This document shows, piece by piece, positions 18,555 through 27,675 of a stretch of 64,000 bases of DNA. Positions within the stretch are counted from its first letter, which is position 1; each line of letters opens with the position of its first letter. A program made the position numbers and the translations under genes. The notes beneath the pieces are model-generated. The model had not been told where the DNA came from, searched no databases, and was given only the letters and a program-made list of their open reading frames with translations. Location of the stretch: contig CAZREG010000003.1 of NCBI GenBank assembly GCA_964599075.1, positions 21,257 through 85,256 of the forward strand, given 5' to 3'. Source of the DNA: an uncultured Spirochaetaceae bacterium (GTDB taxonomy: Bacteria > Spirochaetota > Spirochaetia > DSM-27196 > SLST01).

Positions 18555-19819
18555 CTACCCCTCCGGCGCCAGACCGCCTGGACCCCGCGGAGGCTTTGTG
18601 CCACCGCGAGCTCGAGTGGCTCGCGCGTGTCCCAGTCTATGACGGCCACCCCAGCATGCCGCAGTCGCCGCATGAGCACTGCGCGTTCGAGCTCCATGAG
18701 GTAGTTGGAGGCTGCAACATCCCTGCTCCCCGCCTGCCGTCTAAAAGGAGTTGGATCCGGACTCACGACGAGCACGGCGTAGCCAAACGCAAGCATTCGT
18801 TCCAGAGCTGCCACATCATCGGTGCCCAACGGTGATACCACCACAATCTGACTTCCCTGCGGGAAGAGGCGTTCCGGGACACTTGCAAGAGAGCGGAACA
18901 CCGCACTCTCCCCCGGGGAACTTCTGGCAATACGGGTGAGGATCTTCTGCCGTTGAATTTTGCCAAAGCCCGGAGCGATCCAGTCTACCATCAGTCCGTG
19001 TGCAAGGTAGCCGACCCGGTTTCCTGCGTCAATGATTGCATCTGCCATGCTCGCCGCGGCAGTGGCCGCCGCTTCAAAGAGGTGAGAGCCGGCAGGGTAG
19101 GCTCCGGTGCGGCAGTCGAGCATGACCGCAACATCCGCCACCCGCTCCTGCTGAAAGAGATTGACGTAGACGCGACCGCTCTTTGCGGTCGCACGCCAGT
19201 TCACGTGTCGCGGGCTCTCAGCCCCGCGGCTCTCCTGAACGTCAAAGAACTCAGTGCCCTCGCCACCGGTGCGGGCCGGGTTCGTCCCGGAATAGACCAG
19301 TGTTCTTCTTGGCGCAATGGGAATCCTTGAGAGCGCCTTGTGGTCTGGAAGCGTCACCAGCTCCTGTTCCGAAGGGATCTCGTAGCGCTGAGACCGGGTC
19401 GGAAGCAGTCCGGCAACCTCAGCGACGACACCTGCAAAGGTGTAACTCCCCCGAATCGCTTCCAGCGTGTAGCTCCACTGTGCCTCCTCTCCCCGGGCAA
19501 GGGTCACACTGGTTGCAGGCTCTCCATCCACCAGCTTCAGGCCAACCGGCACGCGATCCACCAGACGCACCTCATTCAGCGGCTGCCCCCGGTTCTCCAG
19601 ACGCAGACGGATCTGGACTCGCTGGCCCGGCAGTGCCTGCGCCGGGGTAATGGTTCGTTCTACCAGGAGATCCGGCCTGCCGGGCTGCAGGAGAAAGCCG
19701 CCAAGCAGGTAGAGTACCGGTGGAAGCGCAACCAGCACAACCGTCCCGGAGACGGTAACCAGCCCGGTGAAGAGGAAGAGAAAAGTGAGCAGGCACAGGA
19801 CGAACAGCTGCTGCTTCAC
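18551..19819 (-). CDS. DUF58-domain protein with N-terminal double TM
   Basis: 422 aa. N-terminal hydrophobic pair, then DUF58-like core FFDVQESRG..PRHVNWRATAKSGRVYVNLFQQERVADVAVMLD. Located immediately downstream of MoxR. Confidence 0.8.
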   Translation of the reverse strand: MKQQLFVLCLLTFLFLFTGLVTVSGTVVLVALPPVLYLLGGFLLQPGRPDLLVERTITPAQALPGQRVQIRLRLENRGQPLNEVRLVDRVPVGLKLVDGEPATSVTLARGEEAQWSYTLEAIRGSYTFAGVVAEVAGLLPTRSQRYEIPSEQELVTLPDHKALSRIPIAPRRTLVYSGTNPARTGGEGTEFFDVQESRGAESPRHVNWRATAKSGRVYVNLFQQERVADVAVMLDCRTGAYPAGSHLFEAAATAAASMADAIIDAGNRVGYLAHGLMVDWIAPGFGKIQRQKILTRIARSSPGESAVFRSLASVPERLFPQGSQIVVVSPLGTDDVAALERMLAFGYAVLVVSPDPTPFRRQAGSRDVAASNYLMELERAVLMRRLRHAGVAVIDWDTREPLELAVAQSLRGVQAVWRRRGR

Positions 19820-19821
19820 CG

Positions 19822-20775
19822 TCAGATGACCGGGACTCTGGCGTTGGAGATAACCGCGTCCACAACCTCCCGCGCGGCATTTTCCCGCATCCAGAGCTCC
19901 GGAGAGAGTACCAGACGATGCACAAGAGCGGGAGGTGCGGAGTGCTTCACGTCGTCAGGAATCACAAAGCCTCTCCCGTTTATTGCCGCGAGCGCCCGGG
20001 AGAGTTTCATGATTGACAGAGATGCGCGTGGGCTCGCCCCCACGCTGATACCGTTGTGGTGGCGAGTACGCTGCACAAGATCAACAATGTACGCCTCAAT
20101 GTCCTCATGGACCCCGACCTCCTCAACGAGCTCCCTCATGCCCTCGATCTCCTCTGCTGAGGCGACTGAGTGGATGTCAAACGCATCAGCTTTGCGCTCT
20201 CGGCGGTTGCGAAGGATAGCGCGCTCGGTTGCCGCGTCCGGATAGCCCAGGGAGAGTTTGATCAGAAAGCGGTCTAGCTGCGCCTCCGGGAGCGGAAACG
20301 TGCCCTCATACTCAATCGGGTTTTGGGTGGCGAGGACGAAGAACGGCTGCGGGAGCGGATGGGTCTCTCCCTCGAGTGTCACCTGTCCCTCCTGCATAGC
20401 CTCAAGGAGCGCGCTCTGGGTTTTGGGACTCGCTCGGTTGAGCTCATCCGCCAGCAGAACATGGGTGAACACCGGCCCCTTTCGCAGCTCGAACGCCCCG
20501 GTCTCGCGGTTGTATACTGAACCTCCGGTGATGTCAGCGGGGAGCAGGTCCGGAGTAAACTGGATTCGGGTGAATGCCAGGTCCATCGACCGGGCAAGTG
20601 AGCTCGCCAGAAGGGTCTTTCCCAGGCCTGGGAAGTCTTCAAAGAGTACGTGGCCCCCGGCAAGCATGGCTGCAATAACGGTCCGCACGGTCTCTGACTT
20701 GCCGAGCACGGCCGCCTCCACCGCAGCCTGGACACGGGCAGTAAACTGCTCCACTGGTCTGAACTGATCACTCAT
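19822..20775 (-). CDS. MoxR-family AAA+ ATPase (module A)
   Basis: Walker A DFPGLGKT, Walker B LLADELNRASPKTQSALLEAM, LATQNPIEYEGTFPLPEAQLDRF. Confidence 0.9.
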   Translation of the reverse strand: MSDQFRPVEQFTARVQAAVEAAVLGKSETVRTVIAAMLAGGHVLFEDFPGLGKTLLASSLARSMDLAFTRIQFTPDLLPADITGGSVYNRETGAFELRKGPVFTHVLLADELNRASPKTQSALLEAMQEGQVTLEGETHPLPQPFFVLATQNPIEYEGTFPLPEAQLDRFLIKLSLGYPDAATERAILRNRRERKADAFDIHSVASAEEIEGMRELVEEVGVHEDIEAYIVDLVQRTRHHNGISVGASPRASLSIMKLSRALAAINGRGFVIPDDVKHSAPPALVHRLVLSPELWMRENAAREVVDAVISNARVPVI

Positions 20776-21229
20776 ATGGTTCCTCTATCTGTGACTGAAG
20801 TCTTGAAATAATCGTCCGACAGCGGGGCGGCAGCGGTGCTATCCGCTCATCCACCTCCGCCGGCTCGCCACGTCGCTCCCGGGGTGCGTCGCCAAGATGC
20901 TCCTGTATTGCCAGAACAAGCTCAATGTCACTCAACGCTTCCATAAACGAGCGGCATGCAGCGGTGGAGTAGCCGGAGTAGCCGTTCGCCTGGAGGAGGT
21001 AGGAGAGGCACAGCCGCTCAAGCTCGAGCTCCGAGAAGCGATCTGCCCGCGCCATGGCGATGAGGCTGGTGAATCCGCCTCCATGGCTCACCACAGAGCG
21101 ATGGGCGCGGTCCGGGCGCCCGTCACCGCGAAGAAGGCGAACGGTGACGACACCCGCGTAAGCCAGGAGTCCCAGGACAAGTGGATACCAGTAGAGCCCC
21201 TGTGGGAGAGTGGAGACCAGGTCACGCAT
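20768..21229 (-). CDS. small membrane-anchored protein, unknown function
   Basis: 153 aa with one N-terminal TM (YWYPLVLGLLAYAGVVTV). Overlaps both neighbours (8 nt and 1 nt), which supports co-translation. No motif recognised. Confidence 0.5.
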   Translation of the reverse strand: MRDLVSTLPQGLYWYPLVLGLLAYAGVVTVRLLRGDGRPDRAHRSVVSHGGGFTSLIAMARADRFSELELERLCLSYLLQANGYSGYSTAACRSFMEALSDIELVLAIQEHLGDAPRERRGEPAEVDERIAPLPPRCRTIISRLQSQIEEPYE

Positions 21230-22257
21230 CAGTGCCGCAGAGCCTCCGAGATACCGGTGAGGCAGGCAACTGCGTGCGCCTCATCCTCACGCGAGAGCGT
21301 TATCTCTCCGTAGCGCGCCCGCTCAAAGAGCGCGGTGAGGTCATCTGCATGGGTACGGGATACTCCGGCGGCTATGAGCTTTGCAGCGAACTCACGGGGA
21401 GTCACACTCTGTGGCCTGCCGCTGAAGCGGGTCTCTTGATAGACCTCGAGCATCTCCCGGTAGCAGCTCAGCACCACTGAGAGGACCTCCCGGGAGCTTC
21501 CTGCGTCCGCCGCTCCCTGCGCAGCCTGATCGGCCACTGCCGCCGAGGGATCGGCCATCTGCTGTCTCCGTCGTCGGCCCAGCCTCACGTTGGGGCGCAA
21601 AATGATGAGCAACCCCAGTCCCCCAACAATGGAAACGATCCATGCGACAGGATCAGACGCCGACTGACGGGGCACCGAAACATCCTCTGCGAACTCTTCA
21701 GGCAGCTCCTCGGTGGTACCAAGAGCTCCCTGGCCTATGAGAGTTGGATCTCCCTCAACAAGCTCCGGAGGCGGCTGATCACCGGCCGGGGGAAGCCGGC
21801 TGAATAGAACAACTATGAGACCCAGGATAAGAATAAGGAGCGCGGTCACAATGCGATTCTCTTTTCTCGTCTGTGAGACAAAGAAGAGAACTATGGAAAG
21901 GGTCACTGCAAGGGAGACGAAGCGGCCAAGGACTTCGCCACTGAGCCAGACTCGATCAGTTGAGCGGCTTGTCTCGATAGCTTCCTGGATGCGATCGGCC
22001 TGCTCGGTGGACTGGATCCGCAGTCCTGAGGCAAGCTCAAAGCTGTTTAGGCCGGCGGCAAGGAAAACGAGCCCCAGCACGATAGCCGCGCTGAGTGCGA
22101 TCCTTCTTCTTCCCGAGCTTTGCTGCACCCGGCAGAAAGTATACTTTGAACGGGCGAGAGTAAAGATGACTGCGACCGACGCCCTCATAGCCGAGCTCCA
22201 ACAGCAGAGTGAAATAGATGGAACCTGGAGCGTGAGCTCCGACGAGCTCGGTTCCAT
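21229..22257 (-). CDS. DUF4129-like membrane protein (first gene of MoxR module A)
   Basis: Several TM segments and a C-terminal TPREFAAKL...LTALFERARYGEITLS pattern typical of DUF4129. True start is probably internal: ATG 22188, or GTG 22128 giving MQQSSGRRRIALSAAIVLGLVF. Confidence 0.6.
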   Translation of the reverse strand: MEPSSSELTLQVPSISLCCWSSAMRASVAVIFTLARSKYTFCRVQQSSGRRRIALSAAIVLGLVFLAAGLNSFELASGLRIQSTEQADRIQEAIETSRSTDRVWLSGEVLGRFVSLAVTLSIVLFFVSQTRKENRIVTALLILILGLIVVLFSRLPPAGDQPPPELVEGDPTLIGQGALGTTEELPEEFAEDVSVPRQSASDPVAWIVSIVGGLGLLIILRPNVRLGRRRRQQMADPSAAVADQAAQGAADAGSSREVLSVVLSCYREMLEVYQETRFSGRPQSVTPREFAAKLIAAGVSRTHADDLTALFERARYGEITLSREDEAHAVACLTGISEALRH

Positions 22258-23038
22258 CTATGATCCGGTGGACTACTACCGCGCCTCCTACCAGGTCGAG
22301 CAGCTGGGGGTTGACCGGTACGGCCCGCAGAACGCGGGTGAGTTCGCCGAACTGGTCTCCACCGTCGCTCAGCGTGACTACCGTCCCGAGCTCCGCGCCG
22401 CAGGGCTCTACCTGACCCACGAGGATCGCATCGAGCTCACCGGTCGATTCGTCAGATCAGTCCGGGCAGCCATAGTGCTGCACACACCGGAGCCTGAGAC
22501 CTTTCGTGCCATGCTGCGGCAGTTCCGCCGCTACGATGAGGCAGAGCTTATCTACATTGATACGTTCCTCTCTCCGCAGCGAATCATTTCCCGTTGCACC
22601 GCCGAGTATATCGATGTCAGATCGCCCGATTCCGCAGAGGCCACCCTTCGCGCGACCGTTGAGACCTATCTCAAGTTGCTGCTGCAGCGCCACGTGGTTG
22701 AGATCCGCGCGCTTGGCCAGACACTGTTTGACATCCTCCAGACCGTCGCCCGGGCGGAGGGCCTGCTCCGGGGCCCGACGGCAGATGCATCAGACGGAGA
22801 ATCAGAGACCGGGGATGGCGGCCCCAACGCAGCTGATCCGAACGGTGTTCAAGCGATAACCCGCGCGAAGGGTCTGCTCGAGCTTCGGGGCGTCCGCCTG
22901 ACGCGTTCACAGGTACAGAAGGCGTACCGCGCGAAGATGCGGCGCTACCACCCGGATGTGAATCCGTCCGGGCTTGAGATGGCGAAACGCATCAATCACG
23001 CCTACGGAGTGCTGCTTGCCGCGATCGCGGAGTCCTGA
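22166..23038 (+). CDS. C-terminal J-domain protein with uncharacterised N-terminal domain
   Basis: The last ~65 aa read LLELRGVRLTRSQVQKAYRAKMRRYHPDVNPSGLEMAKRINHAYGVLL, a J domain with HPD. Start set to ATG 22166 because the upstream part of track ORF 21815 is antisense to the DUF4129 gene. Confidence 0.7.
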   Translation: MTATDALIAELQQQSEIDGTWSVSSDELGSIYDPVDYYRASYQVEQLGVDRYGPQNAGEFAELVSTVAQRDYRPELRAAGLYLTHEDRIELTGRFVRSVRAAIVLHTPEPETFRAMLRQFRRYDEAELIYIDTFLSPQRIISRCTAEYIDVRSPDSAEATLRATVETYLKLLLQRHVVEIRALGQTLFDILQTVARAEGLLRGPTADASDGESETGDGGPNAADPNGVQAITRAKGLLELRGVRLTRSQVQKAYRAKMRRYHPDVNPSGLEMAKRINHAYGVLLAAIAES

Positions 23039-23053
23039 CGGCCCGACCGGTCG

Positions 23054-25858
23054 CTACTCTTTTCGTTTTCTCGCAATGTAGATCTTGCGCTCGGCGACCG
23101 GGTTGTGTTCGCCGCCCTCGAACCAGGTGCGGCTGCGAGCCTCCCTGGCTTCCTTCCGGTAGTCCTCTGCAACCTGGCGACGGAGCTCCTGATAGCTTGC
23201 GATCTGTTCTTCCTTTGCAGCCGGGCGGGCCTCCCGTTCACTCTGAACAGACGCCTGCTTCAGCCGGGGCCGTCGCTCCCCCGGGCGTCCCCAGCCTGTG
23301 GTGGCCACGGTTCCAACCGGAAGGATGATTTTCTTCAGGAGAAGCTCAATGACAAGGAGCACCACTGCAGCAATCAGAAGCCCCTTCCAGATTCGATCGG
23401 TGAACAGCCTGCCGGAGATCTCTGCATCAAAGAGGCGATCCGCGCCCTCGAGCGGGAGGAGCTCTCCGTTTCCGCGACGCGCAATCTGGTCAAGCAGTTC
23501 AAAATCTGTGCGAAACTGCAGGTACTCCTGCGCGAACGGAACAGAGAGCCCGTAGGTTCGCGGAGCGTTCTCCGGGTCTCCGAACAGTGTGATAAGATAG
23601 CTGCCCTGTTCACTGGTGCGCACCCGTTGTTCGTACCTGCCGGGCGCCGATTGCCTGAGCGTGACCTCATACGGCTCACCGGCGGGTGGCTGGATCAGCG
23701 CCTTCAGTTCGAGCAGGTCACGAAAGGAGCCATCGGTCTCAAAGGCGTCCACAATGACCGTAGTGCCGCCGGCCTCTCGATCAAACCTGACTACGTAGCG
23801 TCCCGCACCAGGGGGGCGTTGGGCCCAACGAACACTCTGCGCCAGAAGCTGCTGATAGCCCTGCCAGTCGAGCCAGTTGATTCCCCATTTTGCCCGCAGA
23901 TCGGATGTGAACGCGACACTGCGACCAAGACCGTACTGCCAGGCGCTCAACACCGGACTCTCCTGCGTGCCGGAAAGCAGCATCTGCGCTCCATCTTTCT
24001 GATACGTCAGCACAAAGCCCTCCAGCGGTGGAATGTCCTGCTGCGAGATCCCTTCCAGAATTGGGCCGCGGGTCACCACGCGTGGGATAAACGTCTCCTC
24101 CACTATCAGGTCCCGACTGACGATGGTTGTCTCTGCGGCAAAGATGCGCGGCACGCTGCGGGAGTCGCTCGCGTGATAGCTTCTGCCGGCCCCCCGCTCG
24201 GCAATGCTGCGCATGAGCTCCCTGTTTGCGCTCGACCCGACTGAGACCGTACTGACGGTAATTGACTCCTCGGCCAGGGCGTCAATAAGCGCATCAAACT
24301 CTCCGTCGTTCGTGAGACCGTCGGAGAGGACCACCAGATGCTTCACTGCTGCCTCGGTCTCTGCAAGGGTTCGCCGAGCCTCCTCCAGGGCACCTTCGAG
24401 TACCGTACCACCGCCGGACTCAAGACCCGCCAGGTCGTCAATTATGGCGGCGCGATCTCCTGCTCGGGTGACCGGGACCGTCCACTCCCAGTCCGCGTCG
24501 AATGCGATAAGCCCCACGGTGTAAAACGGATTCATGATCTCCACCGCAGAGACAACAGCCTCCTTTACCAGGTCAAGCTTGCTCTCTCCCGAGACCTCGA
24601 TCGCACCCATGCTGCCGGACTTATCTATGACGAATACCATGGCGAGGGATGGAATCCTCATAGTGGAGGTGACATCCATATCCACCGGCATCGCGCGCTC
24701 GACCGGCGTCTGGTAGTAGCCGCCGGCGCCAAAGCTCGCATCCCCTCCTATCATGATAAGCCCGCCACCGGTATCACGGACGTAGCGCTCGAGGGCCTCC
24801 ATCCGCGGGAGCGACATGTCGTAGGCCGGCACATTGTCCAGTATGACCGCGTCATAGGTCACCAGGCCGCCAACTGCTGCAGGCATCTGCTCAACGGTGA
24901 CCGAATCAGCTGCTATTCCCTGACCCGCGAGAGCCCGCAGGACCGGCTCTGCGGGCTCTGCTGCCACGTAGAGGATCGCCGGTTCGCCGGAGACCCGTAC
25001 CAGGGCCTCGTACTCGTTGTTGACGGCAACCGGGTCGCCGGGACTTGAGACCGTGACACTGTACCGGTGAACACCCTCCTGCTCAAAGATCCCCTGAAAG
25101 GCAATCACGTTGTCTCCGGGGCCAAGAAGCACCTGATCCTCTCCGTAGTACTCTCCATCGCGAAAGACCGTAACGGTGGCACGTCGCTGGTCGGAGGCGC
25201 CGATCACCACGCCGAACTCATGGGTCTCGTCTACCCGCACCTCCTGCGGGACGTTTACCGATCGAATAAAGACGTCTCCCTCTCCAGGACGCGCCGAGAG
25301 CGGCACGGCGAAGAGCCTGATTCCTGCGTCCGCCGCTATGCGGGCCGCACGTGCCGCGTCTCCGCGCGTCTGCTGGCCATCTGAGAGGAGAACGATCCGC
25401 CGATCGCGGTCATCCTCAAAGAGCGAGACCGCCCGAAGAATTCCTTCGTCAAGGGAGCTCTCGGAGGCAGAGATCACCGACTCACGTGAAAGCTCTCCAA
25501 GCCCACTCTGAAGCCCCCGTTCCACCGCCGCACCGTCGCCAACAAGAACGATCGCCGCTCTGTCCACGTCACTCCCGGACGCAAGCGAGCGCCGCACGAA
25601 CTGCTCGGCCTGGTCTTCACCGGCCGGTCCAAGACTGTCTGAAACATCTACCACAAAGACGACGTCTATGCCGGGGCTCTGAGCAGACCACTGGAGCCCC
25701 GCTGCCGCGAGGGTAAGCAGAAGGAGCGCGGTCAGCCGCAGCGATAGTGGAATCACGCGACGCATGCCGGGGCGGTTGCGTCCCAGGAAGAGTGCCGCGG
25801 CGGCAAGCGGAAGAAGCACCAGGGCGGCAAGCGCGAGGGGGTAGAGAACTCTCATCAC
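23054..25858 (-). CDS. 934-aa membrane protein with N-terminal double TM, two vWA domains and a C-terminal TM
   Basis: N-terminal hydrophobic pair. MIDAS motifs VVDVSDS and VIDKSGS. A central region (AILYVAA...YDAVILDNV...GGGLIMIGG) resembles a class-I glutamine-amidotransferase-like fold. C-terminal TM LLIAAVVLLVIELLL plus a basic tail. Confidence 0.8.
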   Translation of the reverse strand: MMRVLYPLALAALVLLPLAAAALFLGRNRPGMRRVIPLSLRLTALLLLTLAAAGLQWSAQSPGIDVVFVVDVSDSLGPAGEDQAEQFVRRSLASGSDVDRAAIVLVGDGAAVERGLQSGLGELSRESVISASESSLDEGILRAVSLFEDDRDRRIVLLSDGQQTRGDAARAARIAADAGIRLFAVPLSARPGEGDVFIRSVNVPQEVRVDETHEFGVVIGASDQRRATVTVFRDGEYYGEDQVLLGPGDNVIAFQGIFEQEGVHRYSVTVSSPGDPVAVNNEYEALVRVSGEPAILYVAAEPAEPVLRALAGQGIAADSVTVEQMPAAVGGLVTYDAVILDNVPAYDMSLPRMEALERYVRDTGGGLIMIGGDASFGAGGYYQTPVERAMPVDMDVTSTMRIPSLAMVFVIDKSGSMGAIEVSGESKLDLVKEAVVSAVEIMNPFYTVGLIAFDADWEWTVPVTRAGDRAAIIDDLAGLESGGGTVLEGALEEARRTLAETEAAVKHLVVLSDGLTNDGEFDALIDALAEESITVSTVSVGSSANRELMRSIAERGAGRSYHASDSRSVPRIFAAETTIVSRDLIVEETFIPRVVTRGPILEGISQQDIPPLEGFVLTYQKDGAQMLLSGTQESPVLSAWQYGLGRSVAFTSDLRAKWGINWLDWQGYQQLLAQSVRWAQRPPGAGRYVVRFDREAGGTTVIVDAFETDGSFRDLLELKALIQPPAGEPYEVTLRQSAPGRYEQRVRTSEQGSYLITLFGDPENAPRTYGLSVPFAQEYLQFRTDFELLDQIARRGNGELLPLEGADRLFDAEISGRLFTDRIWKGLLIAAVVLLVIELLLKKIILPVGTVATTGWGRPGERRPRLKQASVQSEREARPAAKEEQIASYQELRRQVAEDYRKEAREARSRTWFEGGEHNPVAERKIYIARKRKE

Positions 25859-27675
25859 GTTCTCCGTGCCCAGATGATCCAGTCGCCGGCCAGAACGAGG
25901 AGCGCCGCCAGAGCAAACAGGTGCCAGAGCGGTCGGCCTGCCCGGTCCGTGTCTCCGGATCGCGCTCCCGGCAGCTCGCGCTCCTGCTCCACTGCCGGCG
26001 TCTCCGGGATCAGGCGGCTCTCCTCACGCGAGGCGACGCTCACCGCGAACCTGCTCGTGAATGATTCTCCGAGCACCCGATAGACTCCCACCTGCTCCGT
26101 GTCTGCAAACTCGAACGGGCTTGTCCGGGGCTGGAAGCGTAGTGGCGTCTCGTCCGGCTGGACAACGAGAACCGCTTCTCCCGGCGGGACGTAGAGCGGG
26201 ACAACAGAGCCGCTGGCGACGTACCCGGCTCCGGCCGCCTCACCGGTTGGAGCGAGCCAGCTGATGATGTTGCTCATAAGAATGGGGAAACTCCCTCGCA
26301 GGGCGATGTCGCTGTCACGCAGATCAAAGAGGAATCCCACCACACTCACCGATTCACCGCGCCAGGCGTAGATAAGCGGGATCTCACCCGCGTTCGCCAG
26401 CACCGTCGCCCGGGGATCGAGCGTTCCGGCAATAGCCGCGCTCACCTGGACTTGTGGGAGCTCTGCGTTCTCAGTGATCGGGTGGACAACGGTTGCTACC
26501 GCCCGATCAACCTGCACCGCGCGCTCGGCCTGGAACGGGCCCTCAGGAAGGGCCGTACCAACGGTGATTACGTTGCCCTGGAGCCGAGCCGGCGCCGGAA
26601 CACCGTCGAGCACGATCAGGTCGTACTCACGCGGTCGGGAGACCTCGTTTGTGATGGTGAGCTCGGTCTCCGGGAAGATCGAGAAGAACGACTCAAGGAA
26701 GAGGTTGCCATTGGTCACCAGCTGCACGCGAACCGGCCGCTCACTTCCTGAGGTTGCGAACGCCACGTCGTCAATGGGAAGCGCGTCCTCATTGCCTACG
26801 AGTTCGCCGGAAAAGGTTCCTCGGACTCCCGGGAAGGTGGCGGTAAGGAGGCGCTCCTCAAACGGTTCAAGAGAGAGGGCTTCTCTTGCGTACTCTTCAC
26901 CCTCCACCGTCAGGCGGAGGGAGAGGGTGGCCGCCTGCGGTCCGAAGTTTGAAACACCAATGAGCGCTTCCGTTTCACCTCCGTCGGGCCGTTCCCGTAA
27001 CTCGAATGCGGTTATGCCACGGTTCGCTGCAGTTGTTCCCACCTGCTCCACGATGTAGCGCGTAGACCAACGCTCAAACTCAGTGATCCGGGAAGCACCT
27101 GAGGCATCCGTGATCAGCACAACGTCCGAGTTCCTGCCCCCCTCAAGGCCGGTGATGAGATCGGCCAGGCGGTCCAGATTATTCGTTCCTCCGGTGGGCA
27201 GGAGCGCTGCAAGCGTATCAGAGACTGACTGCATATTCGTCGTAGGGGCAAGGAATACCGATGGGCTCTCGCCGGTTCCTACAAGCGTGACCCGCTCGGA
27301 TCGGCTTGAGGCTGCCAGCGCTGAGGCCCGGCGCACCGCCAGGGAGAACGAGCTCTCACCACGGGTCTGTGCCTGCATGCTCGCGCTTGTGTCGAGCACC
27401 AGGATCAGCTGATCTGCGCCGGTGATACCGGATCGCACTCGTGAGGGCTCACTGAGGGCGAACGCCGCTGCAATGACCGCCAGAAGTTGCAGGAGCAGGT
27501 GAATGTTGCGCAGCAGCCGCGGCCTGATCCGGCGGGACGACTGGTCGGAGATCTCTCTCCAGAGGTAGAGCGAGCTCACCAGCTCACGCCGCCGTTCCTG
27601 CCGAAAGAGATGGAGAAGCACGATCACGGGGACGGCAGTGAGTAGCAGGAAGCCGAGCGGGTTCGCGAAGCTCAT
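25855..27675 (-). CDS. BatA-type N-terminal double-TM domain protein with vWA domain
   Basis: MSFANPLGFLLLTAVPVIVLLHLFRQERRRELVSSLYLW matches the aerotolerance-regulator (BatA) N-terminal domain. MIDAS LVLDTSAS. C-terminal TM LFALAALLVLAGDWIIW. Confidence 0.8.
   Translation of the reverse strand: MSFANPLGFLLLTAVPVIVLLHLFRQERRRELVSSLYLWREISDQSSRRIRPRLLRNIHLLLQLLAVIAAAFALSEPSRVRSGITGADQLILVLDTSASMQAQTRGESSFSLAVRRASALAASSRSERVTLVGTGESPSVFLAPTTNMQSVSDTLAALLPTGGTNNLDRLADLITGLEGGRNSDVVLITDASGASRITEFERWSTRYIVEQVGTTAANRGITAFELRERPDGGETEALIGVSNFGPQAATLSLRLTVEGEEYAREALSLEPFEERLLTATFPGVRGTFSGELVGNEDALPIDDVAFATSGSERPVRVQLVTNGNLFLESFFSIFPETELTITNEVSRPREYDLIVLDGVPAPARLQGNVITVGTALPEGPFQAERAVQVDRAVATVVHPITENAELPQVQVSAAIAGTLDPRATVLANAGEIPLIYAWRGESVSVVGFLFDLRDSDIALRGSFPILMSNIISWLAPTGEAAGAGYVASGSVVPLYVPPGEAVLVVQPDETPLRFQPRTSPFEFADTEQVGVYRVLGESFTSRFAVSVASREESRLIPETPAVEQERELPGARSGDTDRAGRPLWHLFALAALLVLAGDWIIWARRT

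Noticed and set aside
19340-20245. A 301-aa plus-strand ORF spanning the DUF58/MoxR junction of module A.
   Set aside because: It crosses two well-supported minus-strand genes and has low-complexity Arg/Ser/Thr-rich sequence.
21815-22165. An upstream extension of the J-domain ORF.
   Set aside because: It is antisense to the TM-rich N-terminal half of the DUF4129 gene. ATG 22166 gives a sensible soluble N-terminus.
23105-25048. Plus-strand ORFs of 379 and 236 aa within the 934-aa vWA gene.
   Set aside because: They are antisense to a frame carrying two MIDAS motifs and TM anchors, and they show no start context or motifs.
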